DNA of 64,000 bases from Antedon mediterranea (GCF_964355755.1 NC_092678.1:9378422-9442421); one strand, 5' to 3'. Positions 27,104 through 39,855 are shown, numbered from the stretch's first letter. A program made the numbers and translations. Notes: generated by a model not told the origin, from the letters alone.

Positions 27104-27301
27104 CAAGGCCAACAACAATAAGTTGCGTGCTCTAAGAAATAAATGAACTTTCAAAAAGTAATGTACTTTAAAACTTTTCTGTACATCAAAACAGTTCAAA
27201 AAGTACAGAAAAGCGATAAAACGCAAAGTGATACCGGACCGACAGACAGACCGACAGACCGACCGACATAGTGAACTGTAGAGTCGCGTCCACGCGACTA
27301 A
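27104..27301 (-). mobile_element. Short non-autonomous Helentron/DINE-1/pearl-like element
   Basis: Terminal hairpin AGTCGCGT-CC-ACGCGACT (27282-27299), (GACA/GACC)n microsatellite, related subterminal motif near the other end, inserted in an A/T run of the satellite without a distinct TSD. Confidence 0.72.
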
Positions 27302-27809
27302 TAAAAGGTTTAAAGTTGGGCCATTTTTGCGAAAATTTCCCTGCGGGGGCCCATAGGAATTTTTTCGAAAAATGGCAGAAATGTCCAATTTTCAAAATTC
27401 TATAATTAGGCTATAATATTGCCATTTATGGGCATATATTGTGTTAACATCATCTTATAGAGCCATAGTAACTAGTTATGTCAAGAAATAAAAGGTCGAA
27501 ATTTGGCCATTTTTCGAACAATTTCTCTGTGGGGGTCCATAGGATTTTTTTTTCGAAAAATGGTCAAAATTTCCATTGTTTAAAATTCAAAAATTTATGC
27601 AAATATATTGTGCTAACATCATCTTATAGAGCCATAGTAACTAGTTATGTCAAAAAATAAAAGAATCAAAATTTGGCCATTTTCCGAAAATTTTCATGCG
27701 GGGGACTATATGAATTTTTTCGAAAAATAACCAAAATTTCCACCTTTAAACTTCAATAATTAGGCTAACATCATCTTATAGAGCCATAGTAACTAGTTAT
27801 GTAAAAAAA

Positions 27810-28007
27810 CCAGGCCAACAACAATAAGTTGCGTGCTCTAAGAAATAAATGAACTTTCAAAAAGTAATGTACTTTAAAACTTTTCTGTACATCAAAACAG
27901 TTCAAAAAGTACAGAAAAGCGATAAAACGCAAAGTGATACAGGACCGAAAGACAGACCGACAGAACGACCGACATAGTAAACTGTAGAGTCGCGTCCACT
28001 CGACTAA
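27810..28007 (-). mobile_element. Second copy of the Helentron/DINE-like element, co-duplicated with the satellite
   Basis: Near-identical to 27104-27301 at offset 706, in the same monomer position. Confidence 0.72.
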
Positions 28008-29376
28008 TAAAAGGTTTGAAGTTTGGCCATTTTTGCGAAAATTTCCCTGCGGGGGACCATAGGAATTTTTTCGAAAAATGGCAAAAATTTCCAATTTTCA
28101 AAATTCTAAAATTAGGCTATAATATTGCCATTTATGGGCATATATTGTGTTAACATCATCTTATAGAGCCATAGTAACTAGTTATGTCAAGAAATAAAAG
28201 GACGAAATTTGGCCATTTTTTCGAACAATTTCCCTGCGGGGGACCATAGGATTTTTTTTTCGAAAAATGGTCAAAATTTCCATTGTTTAAAATTCAAAAA
28301 TTATGCTATAATATTGCCATTTATGCAAATATATTGTGCTAACATCATCTTATAGAGCCATAGTAACTAGTTATGTCCAAAAATAAAAGGATCAAAATTT
28401 GGCCATTTTCCGAAAATTTCCCTTCTGGGGACCATAGGAATTTTTTCGAAAAATTGCCAAAATTTCCACTTTTTAAAATACAATAATTATGCTATAATAT
28501 TGGCATTTATGCAAATATATTGTGTTAACATAAGCCTATAGAGAAAAAGCAGCTAGTTATGTCAAAAAAATAAAAGGGTCGAAAAATGGCCAAAATTCCC
28601 ACTTTTTAAAATTCAATAATTATGCTATAACATTGCCATTTTTGCAAATATATTGTTCTAACATCATCTTATAGAGCCATAGTAAATAGTTATGTCAAAA
28701 AATAAAAGGTTTGAAATTTGGCCATTTTTGCGAAAGTTTCCCTGCGGGGGACTATAGAAATTTTTTCGAAAAATGGCCAAAAGTTCCACTTTTTAAAATT
28801 CAATAATTATGCTATTATATTGGCATTTATGCAAATATATTGTGTTAGCATCATCTTATAGAGCCATCGGTAACTAGTTATGTCAAGAAATAAAAGGGTC
28901 GAAATTTAACAATTTATTGAAAATTTCGCTGCGGGAGACCATAGGAATTTATTCGAATAATGGCCAAAATTTCCACTTTTTAAAATTCAGAAATTATTCT
29001 ATAATATTGCAATTTATGCACATATATTGTGCTAACATCATTTTATAGAGCCATAGTAACTAATTATGTTAAAAAATTAAAGGGTCTAAATTTGGCCATT
29101 TTTCGAAAAATTTCCCTGCTGGGGGACCATAGGAATTTTTTCGAAAAATGAACAAAATTTCCAATTTTTAAAATTCAAAAATTATGCTATAATATTGCCA
29201 TTTATGCAAATATATTGCGCTAACATCATCTTATAGAGCCATAGTAACTAGTTATGTCAAAAAATAAAAGGATCAAAATTTGGCCATATTTCGAAAATTT
29301 CCCTGCTGGGGACCATAGGAATTTTTTTTTTAAATGACGAAAATTTCTACTTTTTAAAATTCAATAATTAGAGAAT

Positions 29377-29507
29377 GATCAGCGAGAGAGAGATAGATCA
29401 GCGAGAGAGAGATAGATCAGCGAGAGAGAGATAGATCAGCGAGAGAGAGATAGATCAGCGAGAGAGAGATAGATCAGCGAGAGAGAGAGATAGATCAGTG
29501 AGAGAGA
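29377..29507 (+). repeat. Short GATAGATCAGC(GA)n array
   Basis: About 6 units, seen directly. Confidence 0.95.
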
Positions 29508-30420
29508 CTTCAAAAGTAAACTATAGTGCAACAAGATGTAAGGTAAGTTATTAATTTGAATACTCTATTTATTATTATATAATACGGCCGGTAATGTAAC
29601 AATGTAAAGCTTTTAATTACAATATTATTTAGGCATTAAATGCATGTGTGCAGCATGTATGTTTAAGAAGCAGGCTAAGCCATGGCTAGCAGATTATAAA
29701 ATGTTAGAGGTCCATGTTTTGTGTATAATTATTATATAAAAATCATCTTAAGTTATATTTCTATTTAACACATTTTCAGATCATAGGCTCGTAATTATGT
29801 AGCCGAGATAGCCATTACAATAACATTGTAGCACTAGCTAGCAAAAATCAATTGGACTGGAAAGAAATTTCAGAAAAAATAAGATGCCTGTATAATCTAA
29901 CATCGGTAAGTGCGTTTAAATCACATTATATATTAGTCTTCTTTCAATTATTAGGGAACGTATTCACTTTAAACTTATAATACTATAATTCAAATTTCAT
30001 AATTATTTCTTCTTTCAAAAGCAAGGTGGACATTGTTTTTCTAAATTATAGAAAATAATAAAACAATATTAACATATAAACATATTAACTTGTTAATAGG
30101 AGGGTAACATAAATAAATCTTGGAATAGATTTATTTTTTAAATCATTATTAAAAATATCATAATCGATCGATAGCAATCTAAGATACGTAAATAATTGAG
30201 TTTACATTTTTGTTTCTTTTTTCAGGAGCCCAAAATCAAATATTGTGGCAACAAATGACAAAGTGACAATTTTGTAGAAGGCAAAGAAGTACTGTTGGGG
30301 CGCGATGGAAGGCTTGATAAGCCCGAAATAAAACCCGTAGATAAACTTTACGACGCTTGGTTTAAACGCTACAGATTCATGTTGAACATTGCCAAATTTT
30401 TCATTGTTTATAGATCATTT
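29507..30420 (+). pseudogene. Three-exon spliced gene remnant of unknown function (exons ~29507-29542, 29780-29905, 30226-~30420)
   Basis: GTAAGT donors at 29543 and 29906. TTTTCAG acceptors ending at 29779 and 30225. All phase 0; the middle exon is exactly 126 nt. Joined frame TSKVNYSATRCK|IIGS*LCSRDSHYNNIVALASKNQLDWKEISEKIRCLYNLTS|EPKIKYCGNK*QSDNFVEGKEVLLGRDGRLDKPEIKPVDKLYDAWFKRYRF has two in-frame stops. Confidence 0.55.
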
Positions 30421-30421
30421 A

Positions 30422-32734
30422 GTTTACTTGTTTACTTGTTTCCGGAGCTTAGCAATGCTGGGTCCGGATTCGAGGCTAGGCTATGCCTATAAGCCCCTCT
30501 TGATAATTGATAATCAACTCTTGAATATGGCGCAAATTTAAGAGGGTGGTTGGACCATGCCCGTTCAAGACCGGACTTAAATTGATTGGTTGATCTTGAA
30601 GCTACTACATCCTCCGATAACGAATTCCATAATATAATAGCTTTTCGACCAAATGAGTCTGTCATCCAATTTGTGCGTGAGAACTTTTATTTAAATTTTA
30701 ATTTAAAAGAATGACCACGTGTTCTAACATGTTCATCACGCTCAAAAAAAGAATCAGCAGAAATACTATCCACTCCATGTAAAATTTTTAAAATCTGTAT
30801 CAAATGAGCTCTTTGCCTTCTGTATGCGAGAGTAGGTAGGTTGAGAATTTTCAGCCTTTCTGAATAATGTAAATGACGAATGGAAAAAATAAGCTTGGTG
30901 GCACGTTCTTGGACTTTTTCCAATAGGTCTTCCTCCTTGCAATGTAGCGAGTTAAAAACAACGTTGCAGTATTCTAAGGTCGGACGAATAATAGCTTTAT
31001 ATAAACGAAGAAACCCATCCATATTTAAAAACTTGAAAGCTCGATATACCATGCCCAACTTCCGATTTGCCCTCATTGCTACATCTGCCACATGTACATT
31101 AAAAACAAGTTTAGAGTCAATAGTAACACCGAGGTCTTTTTCATGATCAACTTCATTCAATAAGAAACCACGCATGGCATACAGATGTTTGTTGTTTTTC
31201 TTCCCAAAGTGCATTACTTTGCACTTACCCTCGTTAAAAGGTAATTGCAATTTTTCAGACCAGTCACATGCTTTCTCTAAATCTTCTTGTAAAACTTGAG
31301 CATCATTCACAGTGTTAACTACTCTATACAATTTAGTATCATCTGCAAACATGCGTACAGAGGAAGAAATAACAGAAGGTAAATCATTTATAAACATAAT
31401 GAAAAGAACAGGTCCAACAACGCTTCCTTGCGGGATACCACTACGAACATCAGCCCAATCTGAAACACATCCATTGACACTAACCCGTTGTTGTCTATCG
31501 TTAAGAAATTCTTGAAACCAGTTTAGAAGTTTACCTCTAATACCCAATGCACTCATTTTCAGAAGGAGTCTATGATGAGGCACACTATCGAAAGCCTTCT
31601 TGTAGTCAAGGTAGATACAATCAAAACAATCCTGATTATCAAAATAAGAAAACCAGTTTTCAAGAACATCAAGTAATTGTAAAGCACAGGAACGACCTTG
31701 CCGGAAACCAAATTGCTCATAACAAATAAGTGAGTGATGTTCAAAAAAGTCCAATAATTCCTTCCTGATAATTCTCTCCATAATTTTACCAACTACCGAA
31801 GTTAAACTCACAGGTCTATAGTTGCTTGGGTCAGACTTCACTCCTTTTTTAAAAATCGGTACCACTGTAGCCCGTTTCCAACTATTAGGGACGGCTCCTT
31901 CTTGAAACAATTTCGTAAAAATAATATGGAGGGGATAGCAAATGATATCCTTTAGTTCGACTAAGATGCGTGGGTGAATACCATCAGGTCGACCAGCAGT
32001 TTTAGTAATATTCAACATTGATAAAATATTGAGATTTCGTCACAAGGAAAGTCAACTTGAGATAAAAAAAAATCCTCTGAAATGACATCAACAGCCGGTA
32101 CATTCGAACAATTTTCATCGAGAAATACACTACTAAAAAACGTGTTTAGCAAATCAGCCTTATCCTTGTCATCAGACACATGCCTTCCATTACTATCAGT
32201 TAAGTTGGGAATACCAGACTTTATATTGATCTGAGAAGTGAGATACCTCCAAAAAGACTTTTCATTAGATTTGATCTCAATTGCTATTTTATTTTCGAAG
32301 TCAGATTTACTACATCGAATCAGATCTACTGTTTGATTTCTTACTTGGACAAACTTCGACCAATTTGCTAACACACATACTTTTTGTTTTCTCTTGGCCT
32401 TTACATACTGTTTCCAACATTTATTTTTTTTGTCAATCTGCTTATCAATTTTTTTGTTCATCCAAAGGGGTTTTCTTCCGTGACAAACCTTCCTCATTGG
32501 GATACACTCATCAATATTCTTCGCAAGTACATGCTCAAACTCGTCCCACGATTGAATATCTGATTTATCATTGAAAACCACATCCCGATCTACCAAACCA
32601 ATTTTCTCGCGCAAGAAATCATAGTTACCATGCCTGTAACTTCGAATATTTGGTTCAATTCTGTCATCTCTTACAAGATCCAATGAAAAATGTAACATCA
32701 TATGGTCGCTTTTACCCAGTGGTGGAGACTGCAT
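30422..32734 (-). mobile_element. 5'-truncated CR1-clade LINE; ORF2 from the end of the endonuclease through RT, broken near 32015 and 30687
   Basis: PPLGKSDH (end of APE domain), GPDGIHPR-like motif, NYRPVSLTS, QFGFR, YLDYKKAFDSVPH, SGIPQGSVVGP, MFADD, EKDLGV, RTRGHSFKL. 3' tandem tail (AACAAGTA)2 at 30422-30440. Confidence 0.95.
30687..32018 (-). pseudogene. CR1 ORF2 reverse transcriptase segment (443 aa)
   Basis: Full set of non-LTR RT motifs, separated from the neighbouring ORF2 segments by frame disruptions. Confidence 0.92.
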
Positions 32735-32926
32735 AATTTTTTTTTTCTTTTTGTGGGATCATCCCACTTTTATTTCAAACAAACATCATATAAAAACAGG
32801 AATATATATTTATGCAATTGCAATTTTGTTATCTGTTTGATTACTAATGATTTTTGTATTTGCTTCTATACCAATTATCATTATTCACCATAGTTATTTT
32901 CTATTTTGTATACATGTCATCATCAA

Positions 32927-35900
32927 TGATCTCTCTCTCGCTGATCTTTCTGTCGCTTATCTCTCTCTCTCGTTGACCTCTCTAGCTGATCTCTCTCTCT
33001 CTCTCTCTCTCTCGCTGATCTCTCTCTCTCTCTCGCTGATCTCTCTCTCGCTTATCTCTCTCTCTGATCTGTGTCTCTCTCTCGCTGATCTGTGTCTCTC
33101 TATCGCTGATCTGTGTGTCTCTCTCTCGCTGATCTGTCTCTCTCTCGCTGATCTGTCTCTCTCTCGCTGATCTGTCTCTCTTGCTGATCTGTCTCTCACT
33201 CGCTGACCTGTCTCTCTCTCTCGCTGATCTGTCTCTCTCTCACTGATCTGTCTCTCTCTCGCTGATCTGTCTCTCTCTCGCTGATCTGTCTCTCTCTCTC
33301 GCTGATCTGTCTCTCTCTCGCTGATCTGTCTCTCTCTCTGATCTGTCTCTCTCTCTCTCGCTGATCTGTCTCTCTCTCGCTGATCTCTCTGTCGCTTATC
33401 TCTCTCTCTCGTTGATCTCTCTAGCTGATCTCTCTCTCTCTCTCGCTAATCTCTCTCTCTCGCTTATCTCTTTCGCTGATCTCTCTCTATCTCTCGCTTA
33501 TCTTTCTCTCTTGCTGATCTCTCTCTCGCTGATCTCTCTCTCGTTATCTCTCCCACTGATCTCTCTCTCGCTGATCTCTCTCTCTCGCTTATCTCTCCCT
33601 CACTGATTTCCCTCTCGCTGATCTCTCTCCCGCTGATCTATCGCTCTCGCTGATCTCTCTCTCTCTCTCTCTCGCTAATCACTCTCCTACTCTCGCTGAT
33701 CTCTCTATGGCTGATCTCTCTCTCGCTGATCTCTCTCATTTGCAGATCTCTTTCTCTTGCTGATCTCTCCCTCGCTGATCTCTCTCTCTCTCTTGCTTAT
33801 CTCTCTCTCTCTCGCTCTCTCTCTCTCTCTCGGTGATCTCTCTCTCTCTCTCTCTCGCTGATCTCTCTCTCTCGGTGATCTCTCTCTCTCTCTCTCGCTG
33901 TTCTCTCTCTCGCTGATCTCTCTTTCTTGCTGATATCTCTCTCTCTCGCTGATGTCTCTCTCTCGCTGATCTCTCTCTCGCTAATCTCTCTCTCACTGAT
34001 CTATCTCTCGCTGATCTATCTCTCGCTGATCTCTCTCTCGCTGATCTCTCTCTCGCTGATCTACCTATCTCTCTCTCGCTGATCTATCTATCTATCTCTC
34101 TCTCTCTCTCGCGCTGATCTATCTCTCTCTCTCGCTGATCTATCTCTCTCTCGCTGATCAATCTCTATCTCGCTGATCTATCTCTCTCTCGCTTATCAAT
34201 CTCTCTCTCGCTGATCTATCTCTCTCTCGCTGATCTATATTTCTCTCTCGCTGACCTATCTCTCTCTTGCTGATCTATCTCTCTCTCGCTGATCTATCTC
34301 TCTCTCGCTGATCTATCTCTCTCTCGCTGATCTATCTCTATCTCTCTCGCTGATCTATCTATCTCTCTCTAGCTGATCTATTTCTCTCTCTCGCTGATCT
34401 ATATATCTCTCTCTCGCTGATCTCTCTCTCTCTCTCTCTCGCTGATCTCTCTCTCTCGGTGATCTCTCTCTCTCTCTCTCGCTGATCTCTCTTTCTTGCT
34501 GATATCTCTCTCTCTCGCTGATGTCTCTCTCTCGCTGATCTCTCTCTCGCTAATCTCTCTCTCACTGATCTATCTCTCGCTGATCTATCTCTCGCTGATC
34601 TCTCTCTCGCTGATCTCTCTCTCGCTGATCTACCTATCTCTCTCTCGCTGATCTATCTATCTATCGCTCTCTCTCTCTCGCGCTGATCTATCTCTCTCTC
34701 TCGCTGATCTATCTCTCTCTCGCTGATCAATCTCTATCTCGCTGATCTATCTCTCTCTCGCTTATCAATCTCTCTCTCGCTGATCTATCTCTCTCTCGCT
34801 GATCTATATTTCTCTCTCGCTGACCTATCTCTCTCTTGCTGATCTATCTCTCTCTCGCTGTTCTATCTCTCTCTCTCGCTGATCTATCTCTCTCTCTCGC
34901 TGATCTATCTCTCTCTCGCTGATCTATCTCTCTCTCGCTGATCTATCTCTATCTCTCTCGCTGATCTATCTATCTCTCTCTAGCTGATCTATTTCTCTCT
35001 CTCGCTGATCTATATATCTCTCTCTCGCTGATCTATCTATCTCTCCCTCGCTGATCTATCTATCTCTCTCTCGCTGATCTATCTCTCTCTCTCTCGCTGA
35101 TCTATTTATCGCTCTCTCACTGATCTATATCTCTCTCTCGCTGATCTATCTCTCTCTCTCGCTGATCTATCTCTCTCTCGCTGATCTATCTATCTCTCTC
35201 TCGCTGATCTATCTATCTCTCTCTCGCTGATCTATCAATCTCTCTCTCGCTGATCTATCTATCTCTCTCGCTGATCTATCTATCTCGCTCTCTCTCACTG
35301 ATCTATCTATCTCTCTCTCACTGATCTATCTATCTCTCTCTCTCTCGCTGATCTATCTATCTCTCTCTCGCTGATCTTTCTATCTCTTTCTCGCTGATCT
35401 ATCTATCTCTCGCTGATCTATCTATCTCTCTCTGGCTGATCTATCTCTCTCGCTGATCTATCTATCTCTCTCTCGCTGATCTATCTCTCTCTCTCTCGCT
35501 GATCTATCTCTCTCTCGCTGATCTATCTCTCTCTCTCTCTCGCTGATCTATCTCTCTCTCTCTGATCTATCTCTCTCTCACTGATCTATCTCTCTCACTG
35601 ATCTATCTCTCTCTCGCTGATCTATCTCTCTCTCGCTGATCAATCTCTCTCTCGCTGATCTATCTCTCTCTCGCTTATCAATCTCTCTCTCTCTCTCGCT
35701 TATCAATCTCTCTCTCTCTCGCTGATCTATCTCTCTCTCTCGCTGATCTATCTCTCTCTCTCGCTGATCTATCTATCTCTCTCTCGCTGATCTATCTATC
35801 TCTCTCTCGCTGATCTATCAATCTCTCTCTCGCTGATCTATCTATCTCTCTCGCTGATCTATCTATCTCGCTCTCTCTCACTGATCTATCTATCTATCTC

Positions 35901-36646
35901 TCACTGATCTATCTATCTCTCTCTCTCTCTCGCTGATCTATCTATCTCTCTCTCTCGCTGATCTTTCTTCTCTTTCTCGCTGATCTATCTATCTCTCTCT
36001 CGCTGATCTATCTATCTCTCTCTTGCTGATCTATCTCTATCTCTCTCGCTGATCTATCTATCTCTCTCTGGCTGATCTATCTCTCTCTCTCTCTCTCGCT
36101 GATCTATCTATCTCTCTCTCGCTGATCTATCTATCTCTCCCTCGCTGATCTATCTATCTCTCTCTCGCTGATCTATCTCTCTCTCTCTCGCTGATCTATC
36201 TATCTCTCTCGCCGATCTATCTCTCTCTGGCTGATCTATCTATCTCGCTGATCTATCTCTCTCTCTGATCTATCTCTCTCTCGCTGATCTATATCTCTCA
36301 CTGATCAATCTCTCTCTCGCTGATCTATCTCTCTCTCGCTGATCAATCTCTCTCTCTCTCTCGCTGATCTATCTCTCTCTCGCTGATCTATCTCTCTCTC
36401 GCTGATCTATCTCTCTTTCGCTGATCTATCTCTCTCTCGCTGATCTATCTCTCTCGCTGATCTATCTCTCTCTCGCTGATCTATCTCTCTCTCGCTGATC
36501 TATCTCTCTCTCGCTGATCTATCTCTTTCTCGCTGATCTATCTCTCTCTCGCTGATCTATCTCTCTCTCGCTGATCTATCTATCTCTCTCTCGCTGATCT
36601 ATCTATCTCTCTCTCGCTGATCTATCTATCTCTCTCTCGCTGATCT
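32927..36646 (-). repeat. GATCAGC(GA)n array in inverted orientation
   Basis: (TC)nGCTGATC units. Rare variants shared with 12.2-14.7 kb, e.g. CTCTCCTACTC and CATTTGCAGATC at 33680-33750 vs 12585-12660. Confidence 0.97.
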
Positions 36647-38590
36647 AATTTTAAAATTCTAATTTTGATCCTTTTATTTTTTGAATAACTAGTTACTATG
36701 GCTCTATAAGATGATGTTAGCACAATATATTTGCATAAATGGCAATATTATAGCATAATTTTAGAATTTTAAACAAAGGAAATTTTGACCATTTTTCGGA
36801 AAAAAAATCCTATGGTCCCCCGAAGGGAAATTGTTTGATAAATGGCCAAATTTCGACCTTTTATTTCTTGACATAACTTGTTACTATGGCTCTATAAGAT
36901 GATGTTAACACAATATATGCCCATAAATGGCAATATTATAGCCTAATTATAGAATTTTGAAAATTGAAAATTTTTGCAATTTTTCGAAAAAATTCCTATG
37001 GTCCACCGCAGGGAAATTTTTGCAAAAATGGCCAAACTTCAAACCTTTTATTAGCCGCAGGGAAATTTTTTTCGCTTTTCTGTAGTTTTTGAACTGTTTT
37101 GATGTACAGAAAAGTTTTAAAGTACATTACTTTTTGAAAGTTCATTTATTTCTTAGAGCACGCAACTTATTGTTGTTGGCGTTGTTTTTTTGACATAACT
37201 AGTTACTATGCCTCTATAAGATGATGTTAACACAATATATGTGCATAAATGGCATTATTATATTCTAATTATTGATTTTTAAAAGGTGGAAATTTTGGTC
37301 GTTTTCGACCCTTTTATATTTTGACATAAGTAGTTGCTGTTGCTCTATAAGATAATGTTAGCACAATGTATGTGCATAAATGGCAATACTATAGCCTAAT
37401 TATAGAATTTTAAAAATTGGAAATTTTTTCCATTTTTCGAAAACAATCGTATGGTCCCCCGCAGGGAAATTGTCGCAAAAATGGCGAAATTTCAAACCTT
37501 TTATTTTTTTAAATAACTAATTACTATGGCTCTATAAGTTGATGTTTACACAACATATGTGCATAAATGGCAATATTATAGTCTAATTATTGAATTTTAC
37601 AAAGGTTGAAATTTTGGTCATTTTTCGAAAAATAGCCAAATTTCGACCCTTATATTTTTTGACATAACTAGTTACTCTGGCTGTATAAGATGATGTTAGC
37701 ACAATATATTTGCAGAAATGGCAATATTATAGCATAATTTTCGAATTTTAAAAAGTGTAAATTTTCCCAATTTTTCGAAAAAAAATCTTATGGTCCCCTG
37801 CGGGGAAATTTTCGATGCCCAAATTTCGACCCTTTTATTTTTTGACATAACTAGTTACCGATGGCTCTATAAGATGATGCTAACACAATATATTTGCATA
37901 AATACCAATATAATAGCATAATTATTGAATTTTAAAAAGTGAAAATTTTGGCCATTTTTCGAAAAAATTCTTATTTTTTTGCTGGGAAACTTTCGCAAAA
38001 ATGGCCAAATTTCAAACCTTTTATTTTTTAACATAACTAGTTACTATGGCTTTTTTTAAGATGATGTTAGCACAATATATTAGCATAAATGGCAATATTA
38101 TAGCATACTTTATTAATTTTAAACAATAGAAATTTTGACAATTTTTCGAAAAAAAATCCTATGGTCCTCCGTAGTGAAATTTTTCGAAAAATGGTCAAAT
38201 TTCGACCCTTTTATTTTTTAGTCGCGTGAACGCGACTCAATAGTTCACTATGTCTGTCGGTCGGTCTGTCGGTCTGTCGGTCTGTCTGTCGGTCCGGTAT
38301 CACTAACTGTTTTGATGTACAGACAAGTTTTAAAGTACATTACTTTTTGAAAGTTCATTTTTTTCTGAGAGCACGCGACTTATGGCTGTTGGCCTTGTTT
38401 ACATAACTAGTTACTATGGCTCTATAAGATGATGTTAGGACAATATATTTGCATAAATGGCAATATTATAGCATAATTTTCAAATTTTTTAAAAAGTGGA
38501 AATTTTTGCAATTTTTCGAAAAAATTACACAGGAAAATTTTCGAAAAATTGCAAATTTCAACCCTTTTTATTTTTTGAGATAACTAGTTA
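36647..38590 (-). repeat. ~187-bp satellite in inverted orientation, with two more DINE-like inserts (37070-37186 partial; 38219-38398)
   Basis: Reverse complement of the 23.9-29.4 kb monomers. Hairpin AGTCGCGT-GA-ACGCGACT at 38220-38237 followed by (GTCG/GTCT)n. Confidence 0.93.
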
Positions 38591-38617
38591 AGTAGTATAT
38601 GGAGTACTTCAGTCCAA

Positions 38618-38925
38618 AAAGGAATGTCATACCCCCAGGGCATATTTCATATTTCTATTGTTTAATTTCCAGGTATTGTAATAATAATTAGTGAAAGGTC
38701 ATTCTTTGTACCAGACCGGAAAGGAATGTCATATCCCCAGGGTATATATTATATTTTCTATTGTTTAATTTCCTGTTATTGTAATATTAATTAGCGAAAG
38801 GTCATTCTTTGTTAGAGAAGGGGGTTTGTTATTTTTGGCGGGGTTTTCGTTTTGGCCTGGGTTATAATTGTAGTTGGTGATGAATTTGTATTTTAAATAT
38901 ATTAGTGAAGGTAGTTCTTTGTTTG
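38618..38925 (+). repeat. Subterminal direct repeats (~103 bp, two copies plus a partial third)
   Basis: AAGGAATGTCATA.CCCCAGGG...TAG.GAAAGGTCATTCTTTGT near 38619 and 38721; partial TTAGTGAAGGTAGTTCTTTGT near 38902. Confidence 0.85.
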
Positions 38926-39147
38926 AGGATTGCTATTGTTATTTTTAGGCGGTTTGACCATTGCATAGGTCACCTTTGTTTAGTATATCCTAATTTCTTT
39001 TGTTCATTGTTCTTTTTGTTTGGTACAATAGTTTTGTTTTTGATATTTTAGAGCCGTTTCTTTTTAGACATTGTAAGAAGAGGGACTGCTTTTTGTAACC
39101 TTTCCAGTTGTTTCGTCTATTTTAACGTAGAGTTACAGTATTTCGCT

Positions 39148-39699
39148 ATGTCTGGAAGTATAGATTTTTCGTTAGGTAGCTGTGTAGATACAGTTATAAT
39201 TATTAGCGATGATGAGGAGACTGTTGTTACAGGTAACGATATCGGTGATCGGTACATGCGGACCAATGAGGGTGTACCCGTCGGTGTTGTTGAAGGAGTT
39301 GAGAGGGGTAGCCGGGCTACAAGTTGTATATTTACGTACGTAGATGAGGTAGAGAGAGAATTTTTATTGAAATTGGAATATTTAGCCAGAGAAGTGTTTG
39401 TTTCTCAAATGTTAAACATGTGCTGGATGTTAAGCAAAGCGGCTTGTTATGGTTGCGAATTTGATAGGCCTGGTCAAAAAGATCATGACTTCTGCTGTAT
39501 GAAATCTCCAGAAGAACAGATTGACTATTTTTATAGGGAGGTTCTGGATAAAGAGTATGTTACAGACGATACCGTGTACAGTGAGTTGAATAAGTACGAG
39601 GAATATTCATTACCACGGTATAGACATTTTGTTTACTTTCTCGTAAATACCTTGACTAATTCAGAGAACCTGTATAAGTTATTGTGTGAGGATATCTAA
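39148..39699 (+). CDS. 183-aa acidic hypothetical protein with CxxC-x4-PxQxxH-xxCC putative metal-binding motif
   Basis: Intact ATG-to-TAA ORF in AT-rich DNA with non-repetitive composition; motif ACYGCEFDRPGQKDHDFCC. Confidence 0.72.
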   Translation: MSGSIDFSLGSCVDTVIIISDDEETVVTGNDIGDRYMRTNEGVPVGVVEGVERGSRATSCIFTYVDEVEREFLLKLEYLAREVFVSQMLNMCWMLSKAACYGCEFDRPGQKDHDFCCMKSPEEQIDYFYREVLDKEYVTDDTVYSELNKYEEYSLPRYRHFVYFLVNTLTNSENLYKLLCEDI

Positions 39700-39855
39700 A
39701 ATGTGTTTCGCACGTGCCACGGAAAAACAATTGACCGGAAAACAAACAATTAACAATGCTTTAATCCGCACGCGTTGTAGGGAGACAATTGACAGGAAAA
39801 ACAATTAATATCGCTTTAGGCTAATTACTGTTAGGGCTACCTCCTTACTGAGCTG

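Larger units (their letters stand above)
23900..29371 (+). repeat. ~187-bp AT-rich satellite with an internally palindromic monomer and shorter ~130-bp variants
   Basis: Spacing 186-188 bp (e.g. 28305 to 28491; 28998 to 29186). Internal inverted repeat TTTGGCCATTTTTCGAAAA...TTTTCGAAAAATGGCCAAA. Duplications with offsets 1478 (24205/25683) and 706 (27104/27810). Confidence 0.95.

Noticed and set aside
18004-28101. 60-111 aa ORFs in the 87-bp and 187-bp satellites and DINE-like inserts
   Set aside because: Chance open frames that repeat with the monomers.
16707-29371. CRISPR-like array
   Set aside because: No unique spacers, whole monomers are homologous, the context is eukaryotic and there are no cas genes.
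30880-32574. Plus-strand ORFs inside CR1 (and 46111-49034 inside gypsy)
   Set aside because: Antisense shadows of the retroelement genes.
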